The notes: generated by a model from the sequence alone, not told the origin. A stretch of DNA of 63,886 nucleotides, filler included, from Octopus bimaculoides (GCF_001194135.2; 8 parts of 8 records of this genome joined end to end with filler, not necessarily neighbours in it); one strand, 5' to 3'; shown: positions 12,250 to 24,683, counted from the whole stretch's first letter. A program made the numbers and translations.

Positions 12250-12869
12250 TTTCTTTTGCTTGTAACGTTCTTGATACTTCTTCAATTTTTCTATTTCATA
12301 TGTCATTTGAAAGCTAAAATCTTATATTTTTATTTGTTTTTCCCCCCTATATCAGATATACTGTTAGATTGATTATGCCCACCCGATTAACAAAAGAGCA
12401 AAAGATTGCGGTTTTGAAATGGTTGTGCACAAATTTATCTGGCAGCTCGAATTTGTTCCTTAAGTTCAGCAATGTTGCGGCGCTTTGTTGAGTAGACTTT
12501 CTCTTTGAGAACGCCCCGCAGGAAAAAGTTGGGTGGGGTCAAATCCGGCGAACGAGATGGCCACTCAAGCGGTCCTCGACAGGGCAAGTTGGCGTCCAGC
12601 CAGTCTCGGACAAGCGTAGCATAGTGGGCCGGTGCCCCGTCCTGCTGAAAGTACAGACCCTCAGCTTCTGTAGCAAAGCCAGATAACTTTGTGCAGAACC
12701 ATTTCAAAACAGCAATCTTTTGCTCTTTTCTTAATCGGGTGGACATAATAGACATAACATAAAAATATAAGATTTCAGCTTTCAAATGACATATGAAATA
12801 GAAAAATTGAATAGGAATCAACAAAGTTACAACTAAAAGAAAACGTATAGTTACTTATGTCGGACCCTG
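12249..12869 (-). mobile_element. Internally deleted Tc1/mariner-superfamily element with long inverted ends; transposase pseudogene
   Basis: ORF 12435-12824(-) contains FQQDGAPAH...WPSRSPDLTP. 12249-12433 and 12688-12842 are inverted copies. The right end reads TA|CAGGGTCCGAC on the minus strand. Confidence 0.9.
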
Positions 12870-13466
12870 TATATATAAATTCACACAGGAACAATATTAA
12901 GGAATTAAATAAAGAAGAAAAGCGAGAAAAGAGGTAAACGTTCATCAGGAATCAGAATGCCATTGATACACCAGTTTTCGACGGGTACTCATATTTACTG
13001 CTGTAAAGTTGAGTTGCTTGACGGGTCTTGGAATGGAACATAGGGAGTTAATTTAGTGACGGACATTCGAACACGTAAGCCAAGCAGCGACATGAAAAGT
13101 ATCAATCATTGCATATCAACATTTATATAGGGATGTTAATATATACGTATGTATATGCATTCAAAGGAAGATAGTAGCTCAAATTGTTCGGATTTGTGTT
13201 ATTGGAAATCATCGTTAATTCTTTTATTGCCATATCACTAATATTTAGTACCGGATCGTCTGACAGTGGATCAAAGCAAATTTAATCTATAACGATTTAA
13301 TTACGTTCTTTGAGATTTGCAGATAGCTGTAATTAATCACGTGAGATACAAATGAATAATTCCAGCTAATTCGTTACTGATTACCTCTATGTATACTTAC
13401 TTCATACATACATACATACATACATACATGCATGCACACAGACATTTATATACCTACAGATATCTA

Positions 13467-13504
<38 letters not shown>

Positions 13505-13604
13505 NNNNNNNNNNNNNNNNNNNNNNNNNNNNNNNNNNNNNNNNNNNNTTAATTAATTAANNNNNNNNNNNNNNNNNNNNNNNNNNNNNNNNNNNNNNNN
13601 NNNN
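13505..13604. other. Synthetic 100-bp scaffold gap marker (N44-TTAATTAATTAA-N44); also at about 34868, 45869, 50810, 52969, 58685 and 62578
   Basis: Identical 12-mer with stops in all six frames, centred in equal N runs, seven times. Confidence 0.95.
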
Positions 13605-13775
13605 TGTCCCCCCCACCACCACCACCACCACCATCGCTTGACAACCGATACTGTTGTGTTTACTAGGCTTACAAAGAATAAGTCTTGGGGTCGATTTTCT
13701 CGACTAAAGGCAGTGCTCCAGCATGGCCGCAGTCAAATGACTGAAACAAGTAAAAGAGTAAAAGAGTAAAGAGAG
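13605..13775 (+). mobile_element. Family A SINE 3' half
   Basis: catcgcttgacaaccgat...gcatggccgcagtcaaatgactgaaacaagtaaaagagtaaaagag. Confidence 0.9.
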
Positions 13776-14384
13776 TTATCTAGCATCTGTATCTAGCAAA
13801 TAAAACATTGTGACGCACAACTGACTAACAACCCCTCTCAAGCTAGGGCTCAAATAGTCTTATGGTAGCTGCACATCTATGACAATGAAACAACCCGCAA
13901 CTTCTGTAGTTTCAGGTAACACGGATGGTGAGAACATCCGTTGTTTCCTACTCTCACCGCGTCATTACTAAAGGCTGACACCTCTTGGAGCCACAGACGG
14001 CAGACTTTTCGATATGGTAGTGAGTGTATCACACAATTGTTTCAATGAAATAATGCCACTTCCGTAGTGCACTCAAAGTGCTTATAGCGGGAAACAGTTG
14101 TGATTCTGTGAACCTCTACACAGATGTGTTCCCTGTTTAAGTGTCATATTAACGCCATTGACTTCACTGCTTACCAGTGTACGAACGTTACTTTAGGCAT
14201 TTTCCACTTTCTTCCTTATTTCTGTCTCTCTTTCTCATTCATTTATGTATTTATCTATCTATCTATATATATATATATATGTGCATGCGTATGTGTGTGT
14301 GTGTGTGTGCGTGTGTGTGTGCGCGTGCGTGTGTGTGTGTGCGCGCGTGCGCATGTGTGGGTGTATAGTTGAAATTTACAGAAA

Positions 14385-14495
14385 AGTCAAATGACGAAGA
14401 CAGGTGTATTAGTTTGACGCTCGGGAAGGTGAGAAAGTTTTTTACGTTTCGAGCCTACGCTCTTCAACGGAAAGGAACACAAGGAAATAAATAGA
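14385..14495 (-). mobile_element. Probable Penelope-like element relic
   Basis: Minus strand ttgaagagcgtaggctcgaaacgtaaaa, a TGAnGA...CGAAACGT motif of the type found in Penelope pLTRs. Confidence 0.45.
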
Positions 14496-14904
14496 GAGAG
14501 AATTTTTTTTAAATTGTGGATTTAGTGGTCAAGCATGGCGACTGGTTGGAAAAAGGTAGTTGGACAGGAGAGCTAGGAAGAAGGGGAGATAATAAAGTAC
14601 TGGTGATCCGAAAATGAAGGTGCGCGAGCGTGTGTGTATGTGAGAGTGTGTAAGTGTGTGCATGTGGATAGGAGATGGTGACTGTGATGTGTGAATGTGT
14701 ACGTGTGTGCTTCTGTAATGTGTGGGTGTGTGGATGATGGTGTGGGTACTGGGAAGTGGTCAGTGCTAGTGTGTGTGGACTGGCTGTGGTGGTGATGTGG
14801 TGTGGTGGTGTATGGGGTGGTGTGACGGTGTGGGGATGTGGAAATGTGAAGGTGGGGTGTGGGTGTGGGTTTGGGTTTGTGGTGAGGATGTGGGTGAGGT
14901 TGTC

Positions 14905-14985
14905 AGGTTTGGATGTGTGGGGTGGAGTGGAGGTGTGGGGTGGAGTGGAGGTGTGGGGTGGAGTGGAGGTGTGGGGTGGAGTGGA
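14905..14985 (+). repeat. G-rich 18-bp tandem repeat (ggagtggaggtgtggggt)n running into a gap
   Basis: About 4 copies visible, preceded by GT-rich low-complexity sequence from about 14620. Confidence 0.9.
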
Positions 14986-15434
14986 NNNNNNNNNNNNNNN
15001 NNNNNNNNNNNNNNNNNNNNNNNNNNNNNNNNNNNNNNNNNNNNNNNNNNNNNNNNNNNNNNNNNNNNNNNNNNNNNNNNNNNNNNNNNNNNNNNNNNNN
15101 NNNNNNNNNNNNNNNNNNNNNNNNNNNNNNNNNNNNNNNNNNNNNNNNNNNNNNNNNNNNNNNNNNNNNNNNNNNNNNNNNNNNNNNNNNNNNNNNNNNN
15201 NNNNNNNNNNNNNNNNNNNNNNNNNNNNNNNNNNNNNNNNNNNNNNNNNNNNNNNNNNNNNNNNNNNNNNNNNNNNNNNNNNNNNNNNNNNNNNNNNNNN
15301 NNNNNNNNNNNNNNNNNNNNNNNNNNNNNNNNNNNNNNNNNNNNNNNNNNNNNNNNNNNNNNNNNNNNNNNNNNNNNNNNNNNNNNNNNNNNNNNNNNNN
15401 NNNNNNNNNNNNNNNNNNNNNNNNNNNNNNNNNN

Positions 15435-15468
<34 letters not shown>

Positions 15469-15487
15469 TATGTAGGCGTCTGTGTGT

Positions 15488-15591
<104 letters not shown>

Positions 15592-16324
15592 GGAGTAAGA
15601 TTGAAAAGGAACCAATAACTGCGAAGCATTTTAAGACAATATAATATAATATATGTGTGTAGACAGTAAATAATTATATACAATGACCAGACTGATAAAG
15701 TAATAGGAAAATATTTATTTAATCGTTAAATTTAGACAATCAACATGTCCTCTCATCAGCACAATAGATATTTAATAACGGAATTTCTCTGTGAACACCA
15801 GACAATTGGCAGTAGTGGTATTAGCTTAGTCTATTAGTAGAGTTTTGCCATTGCTCTCTATATCGATTTCTTTTGTCTCGGCAGCACGCCAATTTCTGTG
15901 TACGTTATAGGCGAATGAATTGACCCCAGTATATTTAAAATTCTTCTTTGATATCCGTAAATCTTGTGAGATCATTATTCTGCACCTGAATGTCTTACTT
16001 CAGACAGTGTTGGTAAAAGCGCAGTGCAGCAATGACAACACTGGAGCAGCATATGTATCCCCCTCTCCCCATATATTGTCCAAAAGAAAGACAAATGTCA
16101 ATACAATTTATCACTCGTGTTGCCGTAGAAAATACAAGAGAACAGTATCATATTTGTGGTCTCCAACCTTTGATTTGTCTTCGATTAAATCGATGCCATT
16201 ACTTAATAGTAAAATCTTTTTGTTCATTGACCTCGCAAGAATGATGCGCAAAGTCGACCTTGGAGTGGATTTGAACACAAAGCCTTTTATGGAATGCTCT
16301 AACGATTTTGCTTGTCTATATAGA

Positions 16325-16645
16325 TGTAGGTATAACCATGTGTTCGCTTTGCAGTTATGAGGTATCGGTTCGATCCCACTGGATAGCTTCTTGGGCAAGT
16401 GACTTTTACCATAGCTTCGAGTTGATCCAAACATTGTGAGTTAAATCAAGTAGACAGAATCTGCAGGGTATCCACCAGATAGACTGTATCTTTTATCTAA
16501 AGGTTCAGTCTCGTATCACACTGTTGTGCTGATTCTATGCGAGAATTACTAGTACACGTGTCTGTGAAGTACCCAGCCACTTACATTATGATCCAGTGCA
16601 TAGACACTTCAGTTGATCGTATAACTGGAATACTTATCATCAAAA
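16325..16645 (+). mobile_element. Old hybrid SINE: family A head/CORE with family C tail
   Basis: ggttcgatcccactgg...cttgggcaagtgac...attgtgagt followed by tcacactg...tacacgtgtctgtgaagtacccagccactt...gttgatcgtataactggaa. Confidence 0.65.
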
Positions 16646-17328
16646 TCGGTGGAGATGAGTTTTCTTTTTATTAAAGTGCTTCAGCAACACCAAAGAAGTT
16701 GATAAATATTGTTATCAACTTGCCTGCCAATTGTATAGTATCATGTAGATGAGGGCTCAGATCTCCCTATTTATTCTTCCTTCGGTACAGACACTGTTCA
16801 CCATCAGACGAGAACACTGGACCCATGGACTGATTGTTACAGTGTCCTAATTCTCAGTCTCAGCCACGTAACTACAACAATGCATTCCACCAATAATTGT
16901 AGGGCAGAATGAATTCAGAAGTGTGAGTTAGCAATTCAGATTCAATAAAAAATAGATTGAAGATGACTTTCTACTGCCGCCAAAACCTTTGCTATCCTGT
17001 AACACCCGCAAAATATTGGTTTCTTTTATGATTATAAAAGAAAAGACAAAGATCAGGACTGGAATACTTTCGGCCATAGGTCTGCCTTTCAGGGCTGATA
17101 TGGAAGCTAAACAATAACTTAAACAACAACATATAATCAAAACTCTGATTTGTGAGAGATTTTTGTCTCGTTACAAGGCCAATAATTTGATTTGTGAATG
17201 GTAGAATCAATAAAATCGAACAAATATTTTACTGATATTTATTTCATTTGCCCCATTGAATATATATACACACATACATACACACATACACAACACACAC
17301 ACATATACATATATATATTATACTCTCT

Positions 17329-17387
<59 letters not shown>

Positions 17388-17942
17388 NNNNNNNNNNNNN
17401 NNNNNNNNNNNNNNNNNNNNNNNNNNNNNNNNNNNNNNNNNNNNNNNNNNNNNNNNNNNNNNNNNNNNNNNNNNNNNNNNNNNNNNNNNNNNNNNNNNNN
17501 NNNNNNNNNNNNNNNNNNNNNNNNNNNNNNNNNNNNNNNNNNNNNNNNNNNNNNNNNNNNNNNNNNNNNNNNNNNNNNNNNNNNNNNNNNNNNNNNNNNN
17601 NNNNNNNNNNNNNNNNNNNNNNNNNNNNNNNNNNNNNNNNNNNNNNNNNNNNNNNNNNNNNNNNNNNNNNNNNNNNNNNNNNNNNNNNNNNNNNNNNNNN
17701 NNNNNNNNNNNNNNNNNNNNNNNNNNNNNNNNNNNNNNNNNNNNNNNNNNNNNNNNNNNNNNNNNNNNNNNNNNNNNNNNNNNNNNNNNNNNNNNNNNNN
17801 NNNNNNNNNNNNNNNNNNNNNNNNNNNNNNNNNNNNNNNNNNNNNNNNNNNNNNNNNNNNNNNNNNNNNNNNNNNNNNNNNNNNNNNNNNNNNNNNNNNN
17901 NNNNNNNNNNNNNNNNNNNNNNNNNNNNNNNNNNNNNNNNNN

Positions 17943-18170
17943 TTTCACCACAACTTTCTCTCACTCTTACTTCCTGTTTCTGTTGTGCCTGTAATTCAAA
18001 GGGTGAGCCTTGTCACACTGTGTCACGCTGAATATCCCCGAGAACTACGTTAAGGGCACACGTGTCTGTGGAGTGCTCAGCCACTTGCACGTTAATTTCA
18101 CGAGCAGGCTGTTCCGTTGATCGAATCAACTGGAACCCTTGATGTCGTAAGCGACGGAGTGCCAACAACA
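17943..18170 (+). mobile_element. Family C SINE 3' half (young)
   Basis: Close match to the tails of the 25410 and 3411 copies; ends cgacggagtgccaacaaca. Confidence 0.92.
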
Positions 18171-18175
18171 ATATA

Positions 18176-18224
<49 letters not shown>

Positions 18225-18231
18225 GTACATC

Positions 18232-18375
18232 ATTATCATCATCAACGTCGTTTAACGTTCGTTTTCCATGCAAGCATGGGTTGAATGGTTTGACCGGAGA
18301 TGGTAAGGCCAGGGGCCGCATCTAACTCCATTGTTCTGGTATGCTTTCTACGGTTGGATACCCTTCTTAACGGAG
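18232..18375 (-). mobile_element. RTE-X-type 3' tail fragment
   Basis: Reverse complement ends ggaaaacgaacgttaaacgacgttgatgatgat and contains gaagggtatccaaccgtagaaa, resembling RTE-X/SINE 3' ends. Confidence 0.6.
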
Positions 18376-19129
18376 TGCCAACACCAACAACATACACAGA
18401 TACAAACATACATACATACGTACATACATACATACATACATACATACGTACTACGTACATGTACACATGCACACATATTCTATAGAAGTCTTAAAACTGT
18501 TTTGCACATTTTAGTCACTTGTTACTTATTCCGAAGTAATCCCAACTCCACGAAAATATTGTCATGCTCCACTTTAAGAAATCCTGCCTTATAAGATTTT
18601 GTAATGTGTGTATCTAAGGTTAAAAACCTGCGACTATTACTTTAACTAATCTTTAGGTATTACTTTGATGAATCAGAAGGTCAATTCCTCTGATGCTTTA
18701 ATTTTTTTTTTTTTTATATAGTTGTTATCTTCTAGGGATGAAGCAGAACTGGATTTGCCAATAGGTTTTGCAGGTTGAGTTTAAAATCTAGTGCCGGCGA
18801 CAGTACGGAGGTCTCTAGTCAAGTTGTATATTGTTGTTTTTTGGTTTGTTTTTTTGTTTTTGTTTTTTTGCTCGGTTATAGGCTTTTTGGGAGAGGCTTA
18901 CCAAGTGGAATAGCTAAGGTCCTCTCTTCTTCTAAATCTAGCACATTTATGATCGAGTGGCCTTGATCAGTATATTATTGGTACTTATATTTTCGACCCC
19001 GAATAGATTAATAAGAAATTCGACTCCAATGAGAATTGAACTTCGAAGCTAGAGAGATAGAACTAATTACTGTAACGCATTTAGTGTAATACATCTCCAC
19101 TTTTGTACAAGTCTTTAACTAATGCATAC

Positions 19130-19275
19130 TATACTACTACTACTACTACTACTACTACAAAAATTAATCTTACTACTGCTGCTGCTACTACTAGTACTAC
19201 AACTAATAATTATTATTATAATAATAACATTGCTGCTGCTGCTGCTGCTGCTACTACTACTACTACTACTACTAC
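19130..19275. repeat. Compound (CTA)n/(CTG)n/(TAA)n trinucleotide tract
   Basis: Direct reading. Confidence 0.95.
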
Positions 19276-19714
19276 ATTCGGGTAATTTGCAATGTTATTA
19301 CCAGTCCACTGCTTAGCGCTGCCACTCCGTAATTAGGGTAATTTGTCCTTTCATTACATATTACTGGTAATGCGATATGTGCTGACAAGTATTGTTCACC
19401 ATTCATAAGCTGTATTTGGAATGTTGAGGGTTTTGGTATTTAAATTATCGAATGGTGTGATCAATAGATCAATAAATGAACATCTTAGTGACCTTAGAAG
19501 CATAGAAGATGAAAAGAAAATTTGCCAAAAGTTATTCAGTGGTAGAGACGTGGCCATCGCGTGAACACCATGTCACGTTTTACCACGATGGATAATAATG
19601 GAAGCATGTGAAGCTTTCTGGTTATTCTCTGGCATACCGCTCTCATATTTTCTTCCTTTTTATATTGCTTTTTGTTACTGTTTGGGCCTATCTATTCATT
19701 TGTTTTCTACTTTT

Positions 19715-19716
<2 letters not shown>

Positions 19717-19802
<86 letters not shown>
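19717..19802. repeat. (TC)n microsatellite
   Basis: Direct reading. Confidence 0.97.
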
Positions 19803-19807
<5 letters not shown>

Positions 19808-20859
19808 TTCTACTTTCGATAAACAGAAAGCGATAGGATCTGGCATTCAAACGATCGAAGTGTCTCTTGTAGCCGTCACTTTTACAATACAAGCAGCGTA
19901 GATTACTCAAGCTTGCTTGAAAGCTCAGAGGATGCAAGAACAAGGAGAGGAGGGAGAGAGGAGGAGAGAAAAAGAATGGTAGGATAAAGGAAAGATAGAG
20001 AGAGTAAACTGGATAAAGGAGGGGAACAGTAAGATATGGGTGTGTCGGTGCGGGTTGATTTGCAGCAGACAAAACTGCAAAAAATACAATGTGCAGTCTA
20101 GATCGATTGGTCACAGCTAGCTTCAGAATCGCTTTGGTTAAAAGCAGAATGACGTAAGTTGGAGAAGAGATATCTAATGTTTTGAACTACGCGCTTCATC
20201 TGATAAATTCAAGAACAAAAACTAACAGAGCTCCGATCGACAAATCAATTTAGTAAATACCAAAATGGAGATATATTAGTGTACCGAGGCGTAAGATATT
20301 CCTTCCTTTAACAAAATACTAACATACTTACATTTTTTATATCTTTGCTTTACGCTTAAATGACTCATTGAGTTGCCTTGATTATAAATTATTTTGCTCT
20401 GATTCAGTCTTAGTATTCCATGGTATATTGCTCTGGTGATAGATTCCTGATATGGAGACAATGGTTAGAATTTATGACAATGTGGCTGTTGAGTCATTAT
20501 AATACATATTGTCGAGAACAATGGTGCTGGTTCTAATCTTGTGACTGTTGATGTTGGTTTCACTGATGGTAAAAAATATCGTTTGTCGTGATAATATATT
20601 GATGGTTTTCGTTGTTCTTCTTCTTCTTGAATGGTGGTAGTGTTTTAGTCCAGGTCAGTTCTCTAACTGGTCAGATTTATGACCAAGCATATTCCAACAA
20701 TGATCATTTTTAAAGGTATGTAGCATTACTTGCCCTTGCCTTATGTAAGACGACAGGATACAATTTGAAGGGGCTTTTAATGGATTAGATTGCATATTCT
20801 TTATTGGGTCGAGTGACAACCAACGTAGAGGCTCTTTTGTTAGTTGTGTTTTATTGATG

Positions 20860-20945
20860 TCATTGGTGCTAATGATGATATCATTGGTGCTAATGGAAAT
20901 ACCATTGTTACTAATGAAGGTATCATTGGCGCTAATGGTGATATC
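20860..20945. repeat. 21-bp minisatellite (cattggtgctaatgatgatat)n
   Basis: About 4 diverged units. Confidence 0.8.
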
Positions 20946-21177
20946 GTTGCTGTTTGTTGGGTGGTAGTGGTCATATTGTTGGCGGTAAAGATATCGGTGC
21001 TAATGGGGATATTAGAAGTTCTGTTGTTGATAACAATAAAGATAAGTCTGATTATAAAACGGCGAATGATGGTAACAATCTCATTAAATGTAAACATGTT
21101 GTCATTTGACTGGTGTTATTGTGTTGCATCATAGCATTGAGATAGAACTGATCGTTAAATACAGCCTTGGTAATGTC

Positions 21178-21318
21178 ATTACGGTAATGTAGCTATAGTG
21201 GTAATGTTGCTATAGTGGTAATGCTGCTACTGTGGCAATGTTGCTATGATAATGATGCTGTTATGGTGATGTTGTCATGATCGTAATGTTGCTATGATGG
21301 TGATACTGCTATGGTGAT
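21178..21318. repeat. About 18-bp minisatellite (gtaatgttgctat...)n
   Basis: About 8 diverged units; similar units continue at about 21900-22020 on the far side of the SINE pair. Confidence 0.8.
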
Positions 21319-21319
21319 A

Positions 21320-21488
21320 GGGTGGCGAGCTGGCAGAATCAGAACGCCGGTCAAAATGCTTAGCGGCATTTCGTCCGTCTTTACGTTCTCAGTTCAAATT
21401 CCGCCGAGATTGACTTTGCCTTTCATCCATTCGAGTCGATAAAATAAGTACCAGTTGAGTTCTGGTATCGATTTAATTCACTTAGCCC
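21320..21488 (+). mobile_element. Family B SINE
   Basis: gggtggcgagctggcagaatc...gcctttcatccattcgagtcgataaaataagtaccag. Confidence 0.9.
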
Positions 21489-21738
21489 NNNNNNNNNNNN
21501 NNNNNNNNNNNNNNNNNNNNNNNNNNNNNNNNNNNNNNNNNNNNNNNNNNNNNNNNNNNNNNNNNNNNNNNNNNNNNNNNNNNNNNNNNNNNNNNNNNNN
21601 NNNNNNNNNNNNNNNNNNNNNNNNNNNNNNNNNNNNNNNNNNNNNNNNNNNNNNNNNNNNNNNNNNNNNNNNNNNNNNNNNNNNNNNNNNNNNNNNNNNN
21701 NNNNNNNNNNNNNNNNNNNNNNNNNNNNNNNNNNNNNN

Positions 21739-21883
21739 AGTAGTGAACGGATGCTTATTTCATCAACCCCAAAAAGGTGAAAGGCCAAGTTGACCTCGGC
21801 GGAATTTGAGCTCAAAACACAGACAGACGAAATGTCTCGAAGCATTTTGCCGGGCGTGATAATGGCTCTGTCAGCTCGCCAAC
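21739..21883 (-). mobile_element. Family B SINE, inverted relative to the 21320 copy
   Basis: gttgacctcggcggaatttgagctc...tcagctcgcc is the reverse of the family B head. Confidence 0.85.
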
Positions 21884-22349
21884 TTAAAACTTTGATGATA
21901 ATATTGTTATTGTAACAATGTTGTTATGACGGTAATTTTGCTTGGTCGTGATGTTGCTATGGTGGTGATGTTGCTATGATGGGGTTGTTACAGTGGAACT
22001 AATGTTGCTACGGTGCCAATGGTGTTAGTGCGGATAATATTATAGCTAGTAGTCACCGCTAGGGATCATTGTTATTGTTGTTTACACACAAGTTAAATCT
22101 CAACATGTCTACTTATAATCAAATACCTTCCAACCGTGACCATACTAGCTTTTCTTTGACATGCTGTATATATGACTATATAATCTTATTTCTATGTAAT
22201 CCTTTAATTTCGAGTAGCGAAGTGTAATTTGATTGAGATTTACCTACTGTTTACAAGTCGAGCGACCATGTAGACACATTCCGTCGCTGTGTGTTATTAT
22301 ATGTTGTTACTAATTTTTCTAACTGTCGTTACTATTTCAGTTGTTGTTA

Positions 22350-22517
22350 CTGTTTTTGCTGATTCTGTTACTATTTTTGTTGTTGTTGTTGTTGTTACTA
22401 TGTTTGTTGTTGTTACTATTTCGTTGTTGTTATTATTTCGTTGTTAGTATCTTTATTGTTGTTGTTACTTTAACTGTTTTTTGTTGTTGCGATATTTACT
22501 GTTGCTGTTGTAAATTC

Positions 22518-22572
<55 letters not shown>

Positions 22573-22690
22573 CTTGTTTCTGCTGTCGGTGCTGTTAATA
22601 CTGTTGTTTTGTGTGTGTTAATATAGTCGGTTTTATTGCTTCTGCTTTTAATATCGTTGGTGCAATTGCTGTTGTTGTTGTTGATCTCAG
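22350..22690. repeat. (GTT)n-rich trinucleotide tract
   Basis: Direct reading. Confidence 0.92.
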
Positions 22691-23039
22691 ATATTCCATC
22701 CATGACTATCCCGTTTTTAGGAGCATTTTGTGCCTACATTATGCAAAGTGTCCTCTTTAAGACATTACGGTGTAGTTTGGGGAAAATTTGGCTGCTATTT
22801 CTAGCAGGTCGAGCAGCTTACGCAGAAGAAACTCTTTTGACATGAGCAATTATTGTTGATAATTATCGGCATTACTTGTCTAATTATGGGTGGTGATGGT
22901 CATATTTTGGAGTTACCATTGTTTTTTACAAGAGAGCAGTCAAAAGCGTACTGTGGAACTGGTGATGACGTCAGTTGCGGGGGCAGTTATATAGCTGATG
23001 TTGCGAATACAGCAAATGCGAAATAGCAACTAATTCTTT

Positions 23040-23141
23040 ATTATTACTACTACTACTACTACTACTACTACTACAGCATCGGTTATTTGATTTTACGAAT
23101 ATTACTAGCGCTACTACTACTATTACTGATAATGCTAGTGT

Positions 23142-23208
<67 letters not shown>

Positions 23209-23275
23209 ACTACCACTACTACTACTACTACTACTGTTACTTACTACAGCAGCAGCAACAACAACATCAGAATTG
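23040..23275. repeat. (CTA)n/(CTG)n tract
   Basis: Direct reading. Confidence 0.93.
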
Positions 23276-23324
23276 TAACTCATTTAGGTACAAGGTTAAC
23301 CATTTTGTGTGAAAGCGGTTAGTC

Positions 23325-23470
23325 AATTACATCGGCCCCAATACTTGATTGCTGCTTTAGTTTATCAACCCCGAAAGGATGGAAAGGAAAGTTGATTTCA
23401 GTAGAATTTGAATTCAGAGCCGGAAAAATTATACAAGGCGTTTTGCTAGACGTTATATGAATTCTGTTGA
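23325..23470 (-). mobile_element. Degenerate family B SINE
   Basis: tttatcaaccccgaaaggatggaaagg...gaatttgaattcaga. Confidence 0.6.
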
Positions 23471-23499
23471 TCTAATAATAATATCACTTTAAGATTATT

Positions 23500-24142
23500 T
23501 CTACAGAATTCCTATAGAAATTATAGCCAGCACTGATTTGTTACTAAGAAGGAATATATTCACAGACACGACAGAGATGGGACCTATATACACTGGAAGT
23601 TGTGTCAACACTATAGAATAACAACAGAAAAAAGATGGTATAGGCACACGCCAGAAAAGGTCACAGAAAATGAGAAAGCAACCATACTCCGGGATATGCC
23701 AATACACACAGACTGAGAAATTAAGGCCAACAGGCTGGATATAGTTGTCAGAGAACACGAAGAAAAAATGCTTTCTAATCGATGTATCAACGCCAACAGA
23801 TGACAATGTTTCTCTAAAAGAACCGGAGAAACTTCCAAAATACATAGATCTGGAAATAGAGGTAACTCGAATGTGGAATCTAAAAACAGAAACAATTCCT
23901 ATCATAGTAGGCGCATTAGGTATGATAAAAAAAATATTCAGATAAATACATAACAAAAATACCAGGACTAACAAGTATATATAACATCCAGAAAATAGTA
24001 CTACTAGGTCCCACACACATCCTACATAAAACACTTTCAATACAGTAAAAATAAGAGCATCACAACAAACCACAGCACATACCCAAGGCATACAGAGTTG
24101 TGTTCGGTAGTGCAGTGAAAGCACGTGATAAAAATAAGACCA

Positions 24143-24145
<3 letters not shown>
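23500..24145 (+). mobile_element. Dong/R4-type RLE LINE 3' end with 3'UTR ending in (TAA)n
   Basis: KEYIHRHD..GTYIHWKLCQHY...WYRHTPEKV...ANRLDIVV...CFLIDVSTP...KYIDLEIEVTRMWNLKTETIPIIVGALG...IQKIVLLGPTHIL; followed by (TAA)n at 24146-24180. Confidence 0.92.
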
Positions 24146-24181
<36 letters not shown>

Positions 24182-24191
24182 TCTTTTTTCT

Positions 24192-24530
24192 ACTGCTGCA
24201 GGTTTTACGGTACAACCAGAGAAACAATTGACCACCTCATCTCTGGCTGCCCTAATTGCGTACATTAATTGCCATGATAGGCTTGGTCAGTATTTGCTCT
24301 GGATCATTTGTCATCAGTTTGAACTTCCATCAGAGAAGAATTGATGGGAACAATAAGCCTGCTCAAGTGGGGAAATAAAGATATCACCATTCCTTGCGAC
24401 TTTAATATTCAAACTGTTTGAGTTATTCAGGTCAATAGATCAGATGTCCAGGTGAAAAATTAAATTCTTATTGCATGTTTGCTCATTGATATGCCGATCC
24501 CAGCAGACTGCAACACCTAAGCGGAAGCTG
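24192..24530 (+). mobile_element. Second, older Dong/R4-type fragment
   Basis: CRFYGTTRETIDHLISGCP, HDRLGQYLLWIICHQF, DFNIQT, CLLIDMPIP; many stops. Confidence 0.75.
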
Positions 24531-24683
24531 CTGAAAAGTAGTTATTTTTATTTTTTATTTGCTTTTGTTTTGTTTTCTTTCTTACATTCTTGTTTTCCTA
24601 TTGCTATGTTCCCTATAATACTTCCAGCATTCTCCGGTTCCCGTCCTGATCTTTTTTAATTGTTAGTGCGTATACATAAACAT

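Noticed and set aside
13549-13560. Recurrent TTAATTAATTAA palindrome (seven times) as a biological motif
   Set aside because: It is always centred between two 44-N runs and gives stops in six frames, so it is a synthetic scaffolding linker.
15920-16434. 146-aa (+) and 107-aa (-) ORFs in unique-looking sequence
   Set aside because: No recognisable motif or convincing splice context, and the minus ORF starts inside a SINE.
20844-21134. Hydrophobic membrane-protein-like ORF
   Set aside because: It derives from a 21-bp minisatellite and GAT/GGT-rich low-complexity sequence.
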